A stretch of 64,000 bases of DNA from Bacteroidales bacterium (GCA_028282585.1 JANQHR010000142.1:1-64000); one strand, 5' to 3'; shown: positions 27,869 to 39,200, counted from the stretch's first letter. Numbers and translations: made by a program. Notes: generated from the sequence alone by a model not told the origin.

Positions 27869-30103
27869 ATGAATTTTAAAGACATACAAAAAAAACACCA
27901 ACATATAACCGATTTAATTTTAACAAATGAGATTATAGTCGCAATAAAAGAATTATTCAGTTTTGCAAGTAATGCTAAGAGGCAATATCATCAGGTTCAG
28001 ATTGAGAAAATTAAGGATACTTACTCAAATATTCTAAACCATTCATTTACTGGAGTTACTGATCCGGAGAGAGATAAAATATACAGATATGTGCAAAGAT
28101 CTTTACTGGAATTAAATGATAAAATAAAAGAATGTGTTTTAACCGAAACTTCTGATCTTACTATTTACAAATTAAAATGGTTACTAGAAAAAGAAATTGA
28201 AGGGCAATCTGATGAAACTTATTCTTTAATCAACAACTTAACATTTGATAATGAACTTGATAGAATTCTAAAGGATAATGATATCGACCTTACTCCAGAA
28301 CAAAAGGATGAATCTAAAGTGGTTTCGAGACAAGATGCTCTAAAAGAGCTTTTTAATATTCTTTGGCTTACCGATTCATATCATGAAACTGAAATCAATA
28401 CTATAAACTCTATTTGTAATTCGGAGAAAATTCCGTGGCATGATAAAAGTTTGATTGTAAGCTCAATTACATTAAGTCTTCTAAGAATATTTGATTCAAA
28501 TAAATTTATTTCATTACTTAGTTTCTATTACACTGCAGAAAATCAGGTATGGCAACGTGCATTAGTAGGGATAATTTTAGCTTTGTATAAACATGATAAA
28601 AGGATAAACCTTTATCCTGAACTTGAAAAAGAAATTTTAAAACTATCTAAAGTAGAAGAAATAGATAAGCAGTTTGAAACTGTACTAATTCAGATTTTCA
28701 AATCGAAGGAAACTGAAAAACTTACAAGAAAATGGGAAGAAGAAATACTCCCTGAAATGATGAAAATGCAGCCAAAGATCGAAAAAAATCTTGATCTTGA
28801 AAATATACTTTCAGAAGATTTCTCGGAAGATAAAAATCCGGATTGGGAAAAAGTTTTTGAAGATTCTCCTGATTTATTGGATAAGCTTCAGGATTTTTCT
28901 AAAATGCAGATCGAGGGTTCTGATGTATTTATGAGTGCATTTTCAAAACTAAAACATTTCCCGTTCTTTAATGAAATAAGCAACTGGTTTACTCCTTTTT
29001 ATAAAGAAAATGAATATATAGATATGATTGTTGAAAAGGAAGAAACCAATTTGTCAACATTCGTCGAGCAACTAGAAAAGTCCTTCCACATGTGTAATTC
29101 GGATAAATACTCATTTTGTTTGAACCTACAAATGATACCGGAATCTCATAAATCCATGATGATGGATATGTTTAATGAAGAAATGAAGAATTTGGAAGAA
29201 GTTCAAAAGGATGAAAATTTACTGAATCAATTTACCATAACAAAAAGTATAATAACTCAATACCTGCAAGATTTATATCGTTTTTATAAACTACATTCTT
29301 ATAAAAATGAGTTTTCCGACATTTTCAAATGGGAATTTAACGTTCAGTATTCTGAATTTTTTAACCAAATTATCACGAACAAACAAGTAATCAGAAATAT
29401 TGCCGAGTTTTTCTTTGAAAATGAACATTATGATAAGGCTGTTGAGATATTCAGGATAATAGACAAAACGGAAGATAGTAATATAGAATTATTTGAGAAA
29501 ATCGGATATTGCTATCAACGATTGGGAAAATACGAAAAAGCATTAAAATATTATCAAAGAGCTGAACTTTTAGATGAAAATAAAGCCTGGATTATTAAAA
29601 AGATTGCTTTATGCTATCGTAATCTAAATAATCATGAAAAAGCTCTAGAATATTATAAATCAGCCGAAAAACATGATCCTGAAAATCTTTATATACAAGC
29701 CTACATTGGTCATACTTTAATGAGGCTAGAAAAATATGAAGAAGCTTTGAAGTATTATTTTAAGGTTGAATACCTGTCTCCTTCAAACGAGAAAATACAA
29801 CGACCAATTGCCTGGATCTCATTCATACTTGGAAAGTTTGATTCAGCAGTAAATTACTATAATAAAGTACTTGGGAAAAAGATAAATGGCTTTGATTTAA
29901 TCCATTTAGGCCACTCTTATTGGTCTTCAAATCAAATTGACAAAGCTATAGAAACGTATAAAACAGCTTTCGAACATTTTAAGTATAACATTAAGGTATT
30001 TTCGCAATCTTTCATGGAAGATAATGAATATTTGGAGTTTCATGGTATTAAAAAACTAGACATTAAACTGATGAAAGATTTAATTACAAATATAAATCCT
30101 TAA
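27869..30103 (+). CDS. TPR-containing protein
   Basis: C-terminal TPR array (KIGYCYQRLG.YEKAL.YY); MCNSDKYSF and QRALVG motifs. Confidence 0.88.
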   Translation: MNFKDIQKKHQHITDLILTNEIIVAIKELFSFASNAKRQYHQVQIEKIKDTYSNILNHSFTGVTDPERDKIYRYVQRSLLELNDKIKECVLTETSDLTIYKLKWLLEKEIEGQSDETYSLINNLTFDNELDRILKDNDIDLTPEQKDESKVVSRQDALKELFNILWLTDSYHETEINTINSICNSEKIPWHDKSLIVSSITLSLLRIFDSNKFISLLSFYYTAENQVWQRALVGIILALYKHDKRINLYPELEKEILKLSKVEEIDKQFETVLIQIFKSKETEKLTRKWEEEILPEMMKMQPKIEKNLDLENILSEDFSEDKNPDWEKVFEDSPDLLDKLQDFSKMQIEGSDVFMSAFSKLKHFPFFNEISNWFTPFYKENEYIDMIVEKEETNLSTFVEQLEKSFHMCNSDKYSFCLNLQMIPESHKSMMMDMFNEEMKNLEEVQKDENLLNQFTITKSIITQYLQDLYRFYKLHSYKNEFSDIFKWEFNVQYSEFFNQIITNKQVIRNIAEFFFENEHYDKAVEIFRIIDKTEDSNIELFEKIGYCYQRLGKYEKALKYYQRAELLDENKAWIIKKIALCYRNLNNHEKALEYYKSAEKHDPENLYIQAYIGHTLMRLEKYEEALKYYFKVEYLSPSNEKIQRPIAWISFILGKFDSAVNYYNKVLGKKINGFDLIHLGHSYWSSNQIDKAIETYKTAFEHFKYNIKVFSQSFMEDNEYLEFHGIKKLDIKLMKDLITNINP

Positions 30104-30175
30104 ACACTAGTTTTTACAGAGTCTCAAACATAATTTAGTTTGCTCTTATTTTTCCGATTATAATAACTTAGCATT

Positions 30176-30202
30176 AAAAAAACCGGATTTAATCCGGTTT
30201 TT
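30176..30202. terminator. Bidirectional terminator
   Basis: aaaaaccggatt-t-aatccggttttt. Confidence 0.85.
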
Positions 30203-30208
30203 AATTTC

Positions 30209-30766
30209 TTATAAAATTGGCTTTTTACGTTTGAAAGGTTTATAGTAAAATTTTTCCCAGTGCACAATTTCGTCTAAAGGTTTTCTTAGCTGCTCGTGTC
30301 TGTTTTTATCTGTTTTATCAGCCGGATAACCAATCGGAAGTAATGCAATTGGTTCAACACCATCGGGTAAATCAAGTGCTTTTACACATTTCAGAACATC
30401 GAACTTACACACCCAACAAGTAGCTAATCCTAAATCAGTTGCTGCTAATGTCATATGATCAATTGCAATTGAAACATCCACATCCGTATGTATCTTTCCA
30501 TCGGCGCGTCTCCAAGCTTCTCGATGATCTCCACATACAACTATAACACATTTTGCGCTCTCTATCCAATCTCTTTCATAACACTCCTTAATTATTTTAA
30601 GTGATTCTTCTTCAGTAATTACAACAAAATGCCAGGGTTGTTTATTTTTTGCAGATGGTGCCACTCTACCAGCTTCTAAAACTTGTAATAAAAGTTCTTT
30701 TTCAACCTTCTTGTCCTGATAATTTCGTGATGAATATCTTTTTTTAGCTAAATCAATAAAAGTCAT
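30209..30766 (-). CDS. Nitroreductase family protein
   Basis: RYSSRNY, APSAKNKQPWHF, LGLATCWV, IGYP. Confidence 0.93.
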   Translation of the reverse strand: MTFIDLAKKRYSSRNYQDKKVEKELLLQVLEAGRVAPSAKNKQPWHFVVITEEESLKIIKECYERDWIESAKCVIVVCGDHREAWRRADGKIHTDVDVSIAIDHMTLAATDLGLATCWVCKFDVLKCVKALDLPDGVEPIALLPIGYPADKTDKNRHEQLRKPLDEIVHWEKFYYKPFKRKKPIL

Positions 30767-30786
30767 ATTATTTATAATCTTTAAGT

Positions 30787-30996
30787 TTATTCTACAACAA
30801 TAATTTCATTAAAAACTTCAATTTTATCACCGGATCGGATTTTTGCTCTTTTTCTGCTCTCCAAATTTCCATTTAACTTTACTTCTCCTTCATCAACAAT
30901 ATGCTTTGCTTCGCCTCCGCTTCCGCATATATTGGTAACTTTCAACAATTTAATAAGCTCAATGTATTCAGAACCTTCCAACCTAAATTTAATCAT
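30787..30996 (-). CDS. S4-domain RNA-binding protein (YbcJ/YaaA-like)
   Basis: YIELIKLLK, SGGEAK, ESRKRAKIRSGD. Confidence 0.92.
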   Translation of the reverse strand: MIKFRLEGSEYIELIKLLKVTNICGSGGEAKHIVDEGEVKLNGNLESRKRAKIRSGDKIEVFNEIIVVE

Positions 30997-31735
30997 ATTT
31001 TTGTTTTATTTCATTCAAAATTTCATTCATTACTTCAGCAGCCTTACCTTTTAAAAATATATCGGTAATTGACCCGGTAAATAAAGATTCTTCAGGATTA
31101 ATTTCGATTACATTTGCACCGTTTTGTTTTGCATATGGTGGTATTGATGCTGCCGGAACTACCTCTCCGGTTGATCCAATTATAATAACCAAATCTGCTT
31201 TTTGTGCTGCTTCAACAGATTTTTTATATGCTTCTTCCGGAATTCCTTCGCCAAAAAATATAAAATCTGGTTTTAAAACTGCATGGCATTTTTCACATAG
31301 CGGAATATAACTTAAATCTGCGTCCTCAGCTGCAATCTTTTTATCACAATAAGGACAAACTAACATTCTTGAATTCCCATGAAATTCGTAAACTTCCCTA
31401 CTTCCGGCATCATAATGAAGATTATCTATATTTTGAGTAATAATTGCTTTTACTAAACCCTTCTTTTCTAATTCAGCTAAAACTAAGTGCGCATCATTGG
31501 GTTTTGCTTCTCCAAAAAAATCATAAAATATTTCTTTTATTACTTTCCAGGCCTCTACTGGATTTAAATGAAAATTGCCTAAATCTAAGGCATTCGGATC
31601 ATATTTACTCCATAATCCATTTTCTCCACGAAAAGGGGGTATTCCACTTTCAACAGAAATTCCTGCTCCCGTAAAAGCTATTGTGTATTTGGAAGTTAAG
31701 ATTAAATCAACAGCTTTTTCCAAATTGTCATTCAT
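30989..31735 (-). CDS. cobB: NAD-dependent deacylase (sirtuin)
   Basis: TGAGISVESGIP.FRG, ITQNIDNLH, FHG, two CxxC pairs, IGST, EINP. Confidence 0.93.
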   Translation of the reverse strand: MNDNLEKAVDLILTSKYTIAFTGAGISVESGIPPFRGENGLWSKYDPNALDLGNFHLNPVEAWKVIKEIFYDFFGEAKPNDAHLVLAELEKKGLVKAIITQNIDNLHYDAGSREVYEFHGNSRMLVCPYCDKKIAAEDADLSYIPLCEKCHAVLKPDFIFFGEGIPEEAYKKSVEAAQKADLVIIIGSTGEVVPAASIPPYAKQNGANVIEINPEESLFTGSITDIFLKGKAAEVMNEILNEIKQKYD

Positions 31736-31816
31736 TGGTCAATGATTTATCTACAAATTGCTTATAAAGTTATAAATAAATCCTTGATCATAATATTTTA
31801 ATTTTTATAAAAAAAG

Positions 31817-31848
31817 AAAACCCGAAAGTTGATACTTTCGGGTTTTTT
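31817..31848 (-). terminator. Terminator after pntB
   Basis: aaaacccgaaagt-tgat-actttcgggtttt. Confidence 0.85.
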
Positions 31849-31862
31849 AAACATCTTGATCT

Positions 31863-33317
31863 TTACATATTTTCAACTTCTTTTACTACTCTTTGAAGTG
31901 TATCCTTTGCATTACCGAACAACATTCTTGTTTTATCATGATAAAACAAGTTGTTCTCAATTGCAGCATAACCTTTACCCATACCACGCTTTAATACTAT
32001 AATATTTTTTGCTTTCAAAGCTTTTACTATAGGCATTCCATAAATAGGGCTTGAAGGATCTTCTTCCGCAGCAGGATTAACTACATCATTCGCTCCAACT
32101 ACAACTGCCACATCAACGTTATCCATATCTTCATTAGCCTTATCGCTTTCAACTAACTTATCATATGGAACATCAGCTTCAGCTAAAAGAACATTCATAT
32201 GCCCGGGCATCCTACCCGCTACTGGATGAATAGCATATTTAACTTCCACTCCTTTTCCTTCTAATAATACATCTAATTCATGTGCTAAGAACTGTGCTTG
32301 AGCAACAGCTAATCCATAACCCGGAATAACAACCACTTTACGCGAATAACTCAACAATATAGCTAAATCTGTTTCAGATATTTCTTTTATGGTCCCTAAC
32401 TCATTTTGAACGGCTTCTCCTCCTCCGCCAAAGGCTCCAATTATTACATTAAATAAGGAGCGGTTCATTGCTTTACACATCAATATGGTAAGGATTGTTC
32501 CTGCCGAGCCTACTAAAATACCGCCTGTTAACATTGCCAGATTTCCATATAAAAATCCAGCCATTGCCGCTGTTACACCAGTAAATGAATTAAGTAGTGA
32601 AATTACAACTGGCATATCAGCCCCACCAATTGGCATAACAAATAAAACTCCATATAATAATGAAACTCCTAATAAAATAAATACATATGGCATTAAATCT
32701 TTCGGATCTATTCTTCCTTGCATCATTAAAAAAGCAACAAATCCAAAAATCGCTAATAATAAAACCATATTAACATATCTTAGTGATTTAGATCTGATAT
32801 CTTTAATAAAACCATCAAGTTTTCCAAATGCGATCATACTACCGGTAAAAGATACGCTACCAATGACTAAACTTAGAAATATAACCAATGTTTGAAAATT
32901 TAGCATTCCATGAAGTTCTATCAATTCCTTATCAATATTGGGAAATTCCATCAGAGCAATAATAGTTGCAACTGCTCCACCCATTCCATTAAAAAATGAT
33001 ACTAACTCCGGCATTTTAGTCATCTTTACTTTACGAGCAATAACCAATCCTACAACGAGACCCAGCGTCAATGCTCCAAAAATATAACCCATATTTCCAA
33101 TCCTTTGGCCGCCTTGCTTATGTAAAATTAACGTTCCCGCAATTGCTAAAATCATACCTATTGCAGCTATAAAATTACCGCGTCTTGCTGTATCCGGATG
33201 GCTTAACATTTTTAAACCCAATATGAAAAGTACCGCTGCAAAAAGGTATATAATCTCTAAAACTGAATCACCTAAGGTGAACTGTATATTCTTTGTGAAT
33301 TCGATTATTTTATCCAT
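31863..33317 (-). CDS. pntB: NAD(P) transhydrogenase beta subunit
   Basis: MPELVSFFNGMGG, PIGGADMPVVISLLNS, IHPVAGRMPGHMNVLLAEA, VGANDVVNPAA. Confidence 0.97.
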   Translation of the reverse strand: MDKIIEFTKNIQFTLGDSVLEIIYLFAAVLFILGLKMLSHPDTARRGNFIAAIGMILAIAGTLILHKQGGQRIGNMGYIFGALTLGLVVGLVIARKVKMTKMPELVSFFNGMGGAVATIIALMEFPNIDKELIELHGMLNFQTLVIFLSLVIGSVSFTGSMIAFGKLDGFIKDIRSKSLRYVNMVLLLAIFGFVAFLMMQGRIDPKDLMPYVFILLGVSLLYGVLFVMPIGGADMPVVISLLNSFTGVTAAMAGFLYGNLAMLTGGILVGSAGTILTILMCKAMNRSLFNVIIGAFGGGGEAVQNELGTIKEISETDLAILLSYSRKVVVIPGYGLAVAQAQFLAHELDVLLEGKGVEVKYAIHPVAGRMPGHMNVLLAEADVPYDKLVESDKANEDMDNVDVAVVVGANDVVNPAAEEDPSSPIYGMPIVKALKAKNIIVLKRGMGKGYAAIENNLFYHDKTRMLFGNAKDTLQRVVKEVENM

Positions 33318-33323
33318 AATTCA

Positions 33324-33635
33324 TTAATCTTTTTTAGGTTTCTTTTTGAACATTTCCAACATCCTGTCAGTTACCGCAAATCCTCCTACAACATTAAGTG
33401 TTCCAAGGAAAACTGCTAAAAATCCCATTACAATGCTGAATGTCGATTCTGCATGTCCAAGTATAATAATTGCACCTATTATTACAACTCCACTTAACGC
33501 ATTAGCTCCAGACATTAAAGGTGTATGTAAAACTGCTGGTACGTGCGATATTACCTCTATTCCCAGAAATATGGACAAAATAATTCCGAATATCGTTTCG
33601 GAGTTTACATATATAAATTCAAGAATTGCTTCCAT
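33324..33635 (-). CDS. pntAB: NAD(P) transhydrogenase alpha subunit, membrane part
   Basis: LHTPLMSGANALSG, NVVGGFAVTDRMLEMF. Confidence 0.95.
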   Translation of the reverse strand: MEAILEFIYVNSETIFGIILSIFLGIEVISHVPAVLHTPLMSGANALSGVVIIGAIIILGHAESTFSIVMGFLAVFLGTLNVVGGFAVTDRMLEMFKKKPKKD

Positions 33636-33647
33636 TGCTTTTAATTT

Positions 33648-34769
33648 TTATTGATTCGATTTTACTCTTTCACTTATAATTTCACTTTTATGTGTAATGC
33701 AAGTACCTTTTACAACTTCATCTTCAAAATCAAGTTTCAGATTACCTTCTTCATCAATAATCAATTTCATAAAATTAATAAGGTTATTTCCGTACATTTT
33801 ACTTGCATCGGATGGCATTTCACTAGGAAAATTTGAATTTCCTACAATTTTCACATTATTTATTTCAACTATCTCATTATTCTTTGTTAGTTCACAATTA
33901 CCGCCTGTTGATGCTGCAAGGTCAATAATTACTGATCCAGATTTCATATTTTCAATTGTATCTTTAGTGATTAAAATTGGAGCCTTTCGTCCAGGAATTT
34001 GAGCAGTTGTAATCACTACATTTGCTTTTTTTGTATGATCCTGTATTAGTTGTTGTTGTTTCTGCTTGTACTCTTCTGTTTGCTCCACCGCATAACCTCC
34101 AGCATTCGCATCATCCTTGGCCCCTTCTACCTCAACGAATTTTCCGCCTAAACTTTCAACTTGCTCTTTTACAGCAGTACGAACATCAAAAGCATCTACC
34201 ACAGCTCCTAGTTTTCTGGCTGTTGCAATCGCCTGCAAACCAGCTACTCCTGCACCTAAAACTAAAATCTTAGAAGGACGAATTGTACCTGCAGCAGACA
34301 TAAACATTGGAAAAAACGAAGGTAAATGTTTTGCAGCTTCCAGTACGGCTTTATAACCTGCAATGGTTGCCATGGAAGATAATACGTCCATTGATTGCGC
34401 TCGCGTTATTCTTGGTACCATATCCATACTAAAACTTGTTAATTCATCATCAAGAAACTGTTTTAGTAAATCTTTATTAAACAAAGGCCCATAAGCAGTT
34501 AAAACAGCCTGAGTAGAATTTAAGTTTTTATATTCTGCCTTAGGTGCTGCATTTATACTGAGTATCAGGTCAGCATTGGAGAGGATTTTTCCTCTGTCAA
34601 CTATTTCTGCACCAACATTTTTATATTCTTCATCAGAATAGAAAGATCTTTCACCAGCCCCTTTTTCAAGTATAACAGAAGTTTTTAAATCAATCAGAGT
34701 TTTTACATTTTCAGGTAGTAATGCAACTCTGTTATCAAAGTCAGGTTCCTTTAAAATACCTATAATCAT
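33648..34769 (-). CDS. pntAA: NAD(P) transhydrogenase alpha subunit, NAD(H)-binding part
   Basis: PRITRAQSMDVLSS, GAGVAGLQAIATA, TTAQIPGRKAP. Confidence 0.96.
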   Translation of the reverse strand: MIIGILKEPDFDNRVALLPENVKTLIDLKTSVILEKGAGERSFYSDEEYKNVGAEIVDRGKILSNADLILSINAAPKAEYKNLNSTQAVLTAYGPLFNKDLLKQFLDDELTSFSMDMVPRITRAQSMDVLSSMATIAGYKAVLEAAKHLPSFFPMFMSAAGTIRPSKILVLGAGVAGLQAIATARKLGAVVDAFDVRTAVKEQVESLGGKFVEVEGAKDDANAGGYAVEQTEEYKQKQQQLIQDHTKKANVVITTAQIPGRKAPILITKDTIENMKSGSVIIDLAASTGGNCELTKNNEIVEINNVKIVGNSNFPSEMPSDASKMYGNNLINFMKLIIDEEGNLKLDFEDEVVKGTCITHKSEIISERVKSNQ

Positions 34770-35031
34770 TTTTAAAATTATTTGAATTTAAGTTTATTAT
34801 ATTCGCGTTAAATTTTGTTAATTAAAAGTTTAATACTTGTAAACATTCTCTGATAATATTTGTTCAATGCTATAAAACCTATAAATAGTTGAATAAAAAG
34901 ATTAAAATATATGACTAACAGGCTAATTTAATTATATTTATGCGTATAGTAACATTAAACCTTAACTCCAATAAAGTTAAACAAAATTTAAAGACTTTTT
35001 ATTAAGCATTCTGGCTATTAAATAATTAATC

Positions 35032-37833
35032 ATGGATAAGTACTCTTATATAGGCAATACCGATATTGATACAATTGATAAACTTTACGAACAATATAAA
35101 TCTGATCCTGATTCTGTTGATGTCCAATGGAGAAAATTCTTTGAAGGATTTGAATTTGCGCAAAAAAACTTCCCAATAAATAAATCTGCGGGTCAAATAC
35201 TCGATAATGAATTTAAAGTAATAAATCTTATCGAAGGTTATAGAAAGCGAGGACATCTTTTTACAAAAACTAATCCTGTAAGAACGAGAAGAAGATACAC
35301 ACCTACCTTAGACATTGAAAATTACGGTTTAGAAAAAAGTGATCTGAACAAAATATTTCAAGCTGGGAAAAACATTGGAATAGGACCTGCAACGTTAAAA
35401 GAAATTATTGATCATTTGGAAACAACTTACTGCCAATCGATTGGTGCGGAATATATGTTTATCCGAAATCCTGAAATTATTACTTGGTGGCAAAACAAAA
35501 TGGAACCGGCAAAAAACATTCCGACCTTCACCAAAGATGAACGAAAGCACATTTATTATCATTTAAAACAAGCCGTTGGATTTGAAAATTTTATTCACAA
35601 AAAGTTTGTCGGGCAAAAACGTTTCTCATTAGAAGGTGCAGAATCATTAATTCCTGCGTTGGATGCAGTTATTGAAAAAGGAGCTGATCTTGGAATTGAA
35701 GAATTCATCATTGGAATGTCACACAGGGGAAGACTGAATGTTTTAGCTAATATTCTCGAAAAGCCTGTTGAAGATATTTTTGCAGAATACCTGGGAGAAG
35801 AATATGATGATGCGATTGCTCTTGGTGATGTCAAATATCATCTTGGGTATGGAAACACTGTAACAACCGATAAAGGTAAAAAAGTGCGGTTAAACTTAGC
35901 TCCTAACCCTTCACATTTAGAAGCTGTTGGTCCTGTTGTACAAGGCATTGCAAAAGCAAAGATTTGGAATAAATACAATCATGATTACGATAAGTTAGCG
36001 CCAATCATTATTCATGGAGATGCTGCAATTGCAAGTCAGGGTGTCGTTTATGAGACTATACAAATGTCTCAACTTAAAGGTTACAGAACAGGAGGTACTA
36101 TACATCTTGTAATTAATAATCAGGTAGGATTTACAACAAATTATTTGGATGGTAGGTCTAGTACTTATTGTACTGATATCGGCAAAGTTACCAAAGCTCC
36201 TATATTTCATGTCAACGGTGATGATGTTGAAGCTCTGATTTACACCATTCAGTTGGCAATGGAGTACAGATATACTTTCCATACAGATGTTTTTATTGAT
36301 ATACTTTGCTATAGAAAATTTGGACATAATGAAGGCGATGAGCCTCGCTTTACACAACCTTTACTTTATAAAGCCATAAGTAAACATCCTAATCCGAGAG
36401 ATATTTACGGGAATCATTTGATTGAACAAAACATTTTTACAAAGGATGACTTAAAAAGATTGCAATCGGAGTATAATGAATCTCTTGAAGAAAAATTAGA
36501 TTTAGCTAAGAAATCAGAAAAACTTCATATAAAGCAATTTTTAATTGAAGATTGGCAGAAGTATCATTATGCAAAACTTGGAGAGTTTGATGAATCCCCG
36601 GAAACAGGTTTGGATAAAATGGTTCTAAAAGCCATTGCTCACAGGTTAAATCACCCACCGAAAGATTTAAAACTTTTTAAAAAAGCGGAAAAATTACTCA
36701 AGGATCGTAATGAAATGATTAAAAACGAGCAACTAGACTGGGCCATGGCAGAATTATTGGCATATGGAACTCTGGTTAACGAAGGTCACCCCGTTCGTTT
36801 AAGTGGACAGGACTCTGAGCGTGGAACCTTTTCTCACAGACATTCCGCAATTGTTTTAGAAGACTCTGGCAATAAATTTATCCCTTTAAAGCATATTAGC
36901 GAGGGCCAAGCAGACTTCCATGTATTCAACTCTCCGCTATCTGAATATGGAGTATTAGGATTCGAATATGGATACGCAATGGCAATGCCAAACGGACTAA
37001 ACATTTGGGAAGCTCAGTTTGGCGACTTCTATAATGTTGCACAAGTAGTTATTGATCAATACATTAGTTCTGCAGAAGAAAAATGGGGTTTAATGAACGG
37101 ATTAACTCTTTTCCTCCCTCATGGTTATGAAGGACAAGGACCAGAGCATTCAAGTGCAAGAATAGAACGTTTTTTAATGCTTTGCGCTAATAATAATATG
37201 CAAGTAGCTAACATTACTAATCCAGCTAACTTTTTTCATATACTACGACGACAAGTCCATAGAAATTTTACTGTTCCTTTGATTATTTTCACCCCAAAAA
37301 GTTTACTTCGTCATCCCAGGTGTAAATCAACTTTAAATGAACTAGCTTCTGGCAAATTCCAAGAAGTTATTGATGATGAAGATGTTAACGTGAATGAAGT
37401 TAGAAGGGTAATATTTTGCGCAGGAAAGATGTATTATGATCTGCTTGCTAAAAAAGAAGAATTTGGTGCTAGTGACATTGCCCTGGTTCGAATTGAACAA
37501 CTATATCCCTGGCCTAAAAAACAAATTCAAAAAATTATCTATAAATATTCTAATACAAAAAGATGGATTTGGGCGCAAGAAGAACCTGTAAATATGGGAG
37601 CCTGGAAGTTTGTGAAGGAAAAAATAACAAATGTTAATTTACAAGTAGTTGCAAGGTTGGAAAGCGGCAGCCCCGCTGTTGGATTAAATAAACTTCATAT
37701 ATTGGGTCAGGAAGAAATAATTGGAAAAATATTTAGAAAGTGTACCTGTGAACTAAAAAACAAGTATTGTGGTTTACAATGTGAAGTAGGAAGCTCAAGG
37801 GTTGAAATTAAAAAACAACATACTTATCTTTAA
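35032..37833 (+). CDS. sucA: 2-oxoglutarate dehydrogenase E1
   Basis: KRFSLEG, GMSHRGRLN, GDVKYHLG, IHGDAA, GHNEGDEP, WEAQFGDF, LPHGYEGQGPEHSSAR. Confidence 0.98.
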   Translation: MDKYSYIGNTDIDTIDKLYEQYKSDPDSVDVQWRKFFEGFEFAQKNFPINKSAGQILDNEFKVINLIEGYRKRGHLFTKTNPVRTRRRYTPTLDIENYGLEKSDLNKIFQAGKNIGIGPATLKEIIDHLETTYCQSIGAEYMFIRNPEIITWWQNKMEPAKNIPTFTKDERKHIYYHLKQAVGFENFIHKKFVGQKRFSLEGAESLIPALDAVIEKGADLGIEEFIIGMSHRGRLNVLANILEKPVEDIFAEYLGEEYDDAIALGDVKYHLGYGNTVTTDKGKKVRLNLAPNPSHLEAVGPVVQGIAKAKIWNKYNHDYDKLAPIIIHGDAAIASQGVVYETIQMSQLKGYRTGGTIHLVINNQVGFTTNYLDGRSSTYCTDIGKVTKAPIFHVNGDDVEALIYTIQLAMEYRYTFHTDVFIDILCYRKFGHNEGDEPRFTQPLLYKAISKHPNPRDIYGNHLIEQNIFTKDDLKRLQSEYNESLEEKLDLAKKSEKLHIKQFLIEDWQKYHYAKLGEFDESPETGLDKMVLKAIAHRLNHPPKDLKLFKKAEKLLKDRNEMIKNEQLDWAMAELLAYGTLVNEGHPVRLSGQDSERGTFSHRHSAIVLEDSGNKFIPLKHISEGQADFHVFNSPLSEYGVLGFEYGYAMAMPNGLNIWEAQFGDFYNVAQVVIDQYISSAEEKWGLMNGLTLFLPHGYEGQGPEHSSARIERFLMLCANNNMQVANITNPANFFHILRRQVHRNFTVPLIIFTPKSLLRHPRCKSTLNELASGKFQEVIDDEDVNVNEVRRVIFCAGKMYYDLLAKKEEFGASDIALVRIEQLYPWPKKQIQKIIYKYSNTKRWIWAQEEPVNMGAWKFVKEKITNVNLQVVARLESGSPAVGLNKLHILGQEEIIGKIFRKCTCELKNKYCGLQCEVGSSRVEIKKQHTYL

Positions 37834-37964
37834 TTACGAGTAGCGAAATATGTATTATGAGTTAAAATTTATAAGCTAAATGCTATTGGTTTAAGACCTA
37901 AACTGGAAATTAAAATCATAAAAAAATAAAAGTAAGAAAGACTTAAATATATAAGAAGAATACT

Positions 37965-39200
37965 ATGGTTGAAATCAAAATACCAAGTCCCGGAGAATCA
38001 ATAACAGAAGTTGAAATATCTAACTGGCTGGTTGAAAATGGTGATTATGTAGAAAAAGATCAGGAAATAGCTGAAATAGAATCTGATAAAGCAACGTTAC
38101 CTTTAATGGCATCGGAAAATGGCACAATTGAAATCTTAGCAGAAGCCGGCGAAACGATAGAAGTTGGAGCAATTGCATGTAAAATAGATACAAATGGAGT
38201 AGCTTCTTCAAAACCCGCAGAAAACGAAATAGAACCAAACGAAGTTAAAACCAAGAAAAAGGAACATACAAGTCAAGCCGAGCAGGTTAAAGCTGGTTCA
38301 GAGTATCAAAATGTTAAATTATCTCCTGTTGCCAAAAAATTAATGCAAGAGAATAATCTTAGTATCGACGATGTTATCAAAGGTTTAAAACGAATTGGCA
38401 AAAATGAAATTGAACAAGTTTTATCCCAAAAAACTACAGGAATAACTCAAACCAAAAATCCAGAAGTTTCAAGAAAAGTTGAACGTAAAAAGATGACTCA
38501 GCTTCGAAAGAAATTAAGTGAACGTTTAGTTTCAGTTAAGAATGAAACTGCAATGCTTACAACGTTTAACGAAGTTGATATGACCGAAATAATGGCTTTA
38601 CGTAATAAATATCAAAAACAATTTATTGAGAAACATAACATTAAGCTGGGATTCATGTCTTTTTTCACAAAGGCTGTTACCATTGCTTTAAAAGCTTTTC
38701 CAACCATAAATTCACAAATAGATGGTAATGATATAATTTATCCGGATTACACTGATATTGGAATTGCAGTGCAAACTCCAAAAGGATTAATGGTACCTGT
38801 AATAAGAAATGCAGAAACCATGAATTTAGCAGAACTTGAATCAGAAATTAAACGATTGGCAGACAAAGGTAGAACTGGAAAAGTATCACTCGATGATTTG
38901 TCAGGTGGAACATTTACTATAACAAATGGAGGTGTTTTCGGGTCATTGTTATCAACACCAATTTTAAATCCTCCTCAATCTGCTATTTTGGGAATGCATA
39001 ACATACAAGAAAGACCAGTTGCAATAAATGGTAAAGTAGAGATAAGGCCGATGATGTACATCGCTCTATCCTATGATCATCGGACTATTGATGGTAAAGA
39101 TTCAGTAGGATTCTTAAAAAAAGTTAAAGAGCTACTTGAGTTTCCTTACAAAATGTTATTGGGAGAAAAAAATGCTGATGAATTATTATTAAACGTTTAA
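37965..39200 (+). CDS. sucB: Dihydrolipoamide succinyltransferase E2
   Basis: Lipoyl [27 protein letters not shown]. Confidence 0.97.
   Translation: MVEIKIPSPGESITEVEISNWLVENGDYVEKDQEIAEIESDKATLPLMASENGTIEILAEAGETIEVGAIACKIDTNGVASSKPAENEIEPNEVKTKKKEHTSQAEQVKAGSEYQNVKLSPVAKKLMQENNLSIDDVIKGLKRIGKNEIEQVLSQKTTGITQTKNPEVSRKVERKKMTQLRKKLSERLVSVKNETAMLTTFNEVDMTEIMALRNKYQKQFIEKHNIKLGFMSFFTKAVTIALKAFPTINSQIDGNDIIYPDYTDIGIAVQTPKGLMVPVIRNAETMNLAELESEIKRLADKGRTGKVSLDDLSGGTFTITNGGVFGSLLSTPILNPPQSAILGMHNIQERPVAINGKVEIRPMMYIALSYDHRTIDGKDSVGFLKKVKELLEFPYKMLLGEKNADELLLNV

Noticed and set aside
34815-34870. Rex-like operator between pnt and suc
   Set aside because: Only TTGT half-sites; no TTGTGAA-N4-TTCACAA-like palindrome
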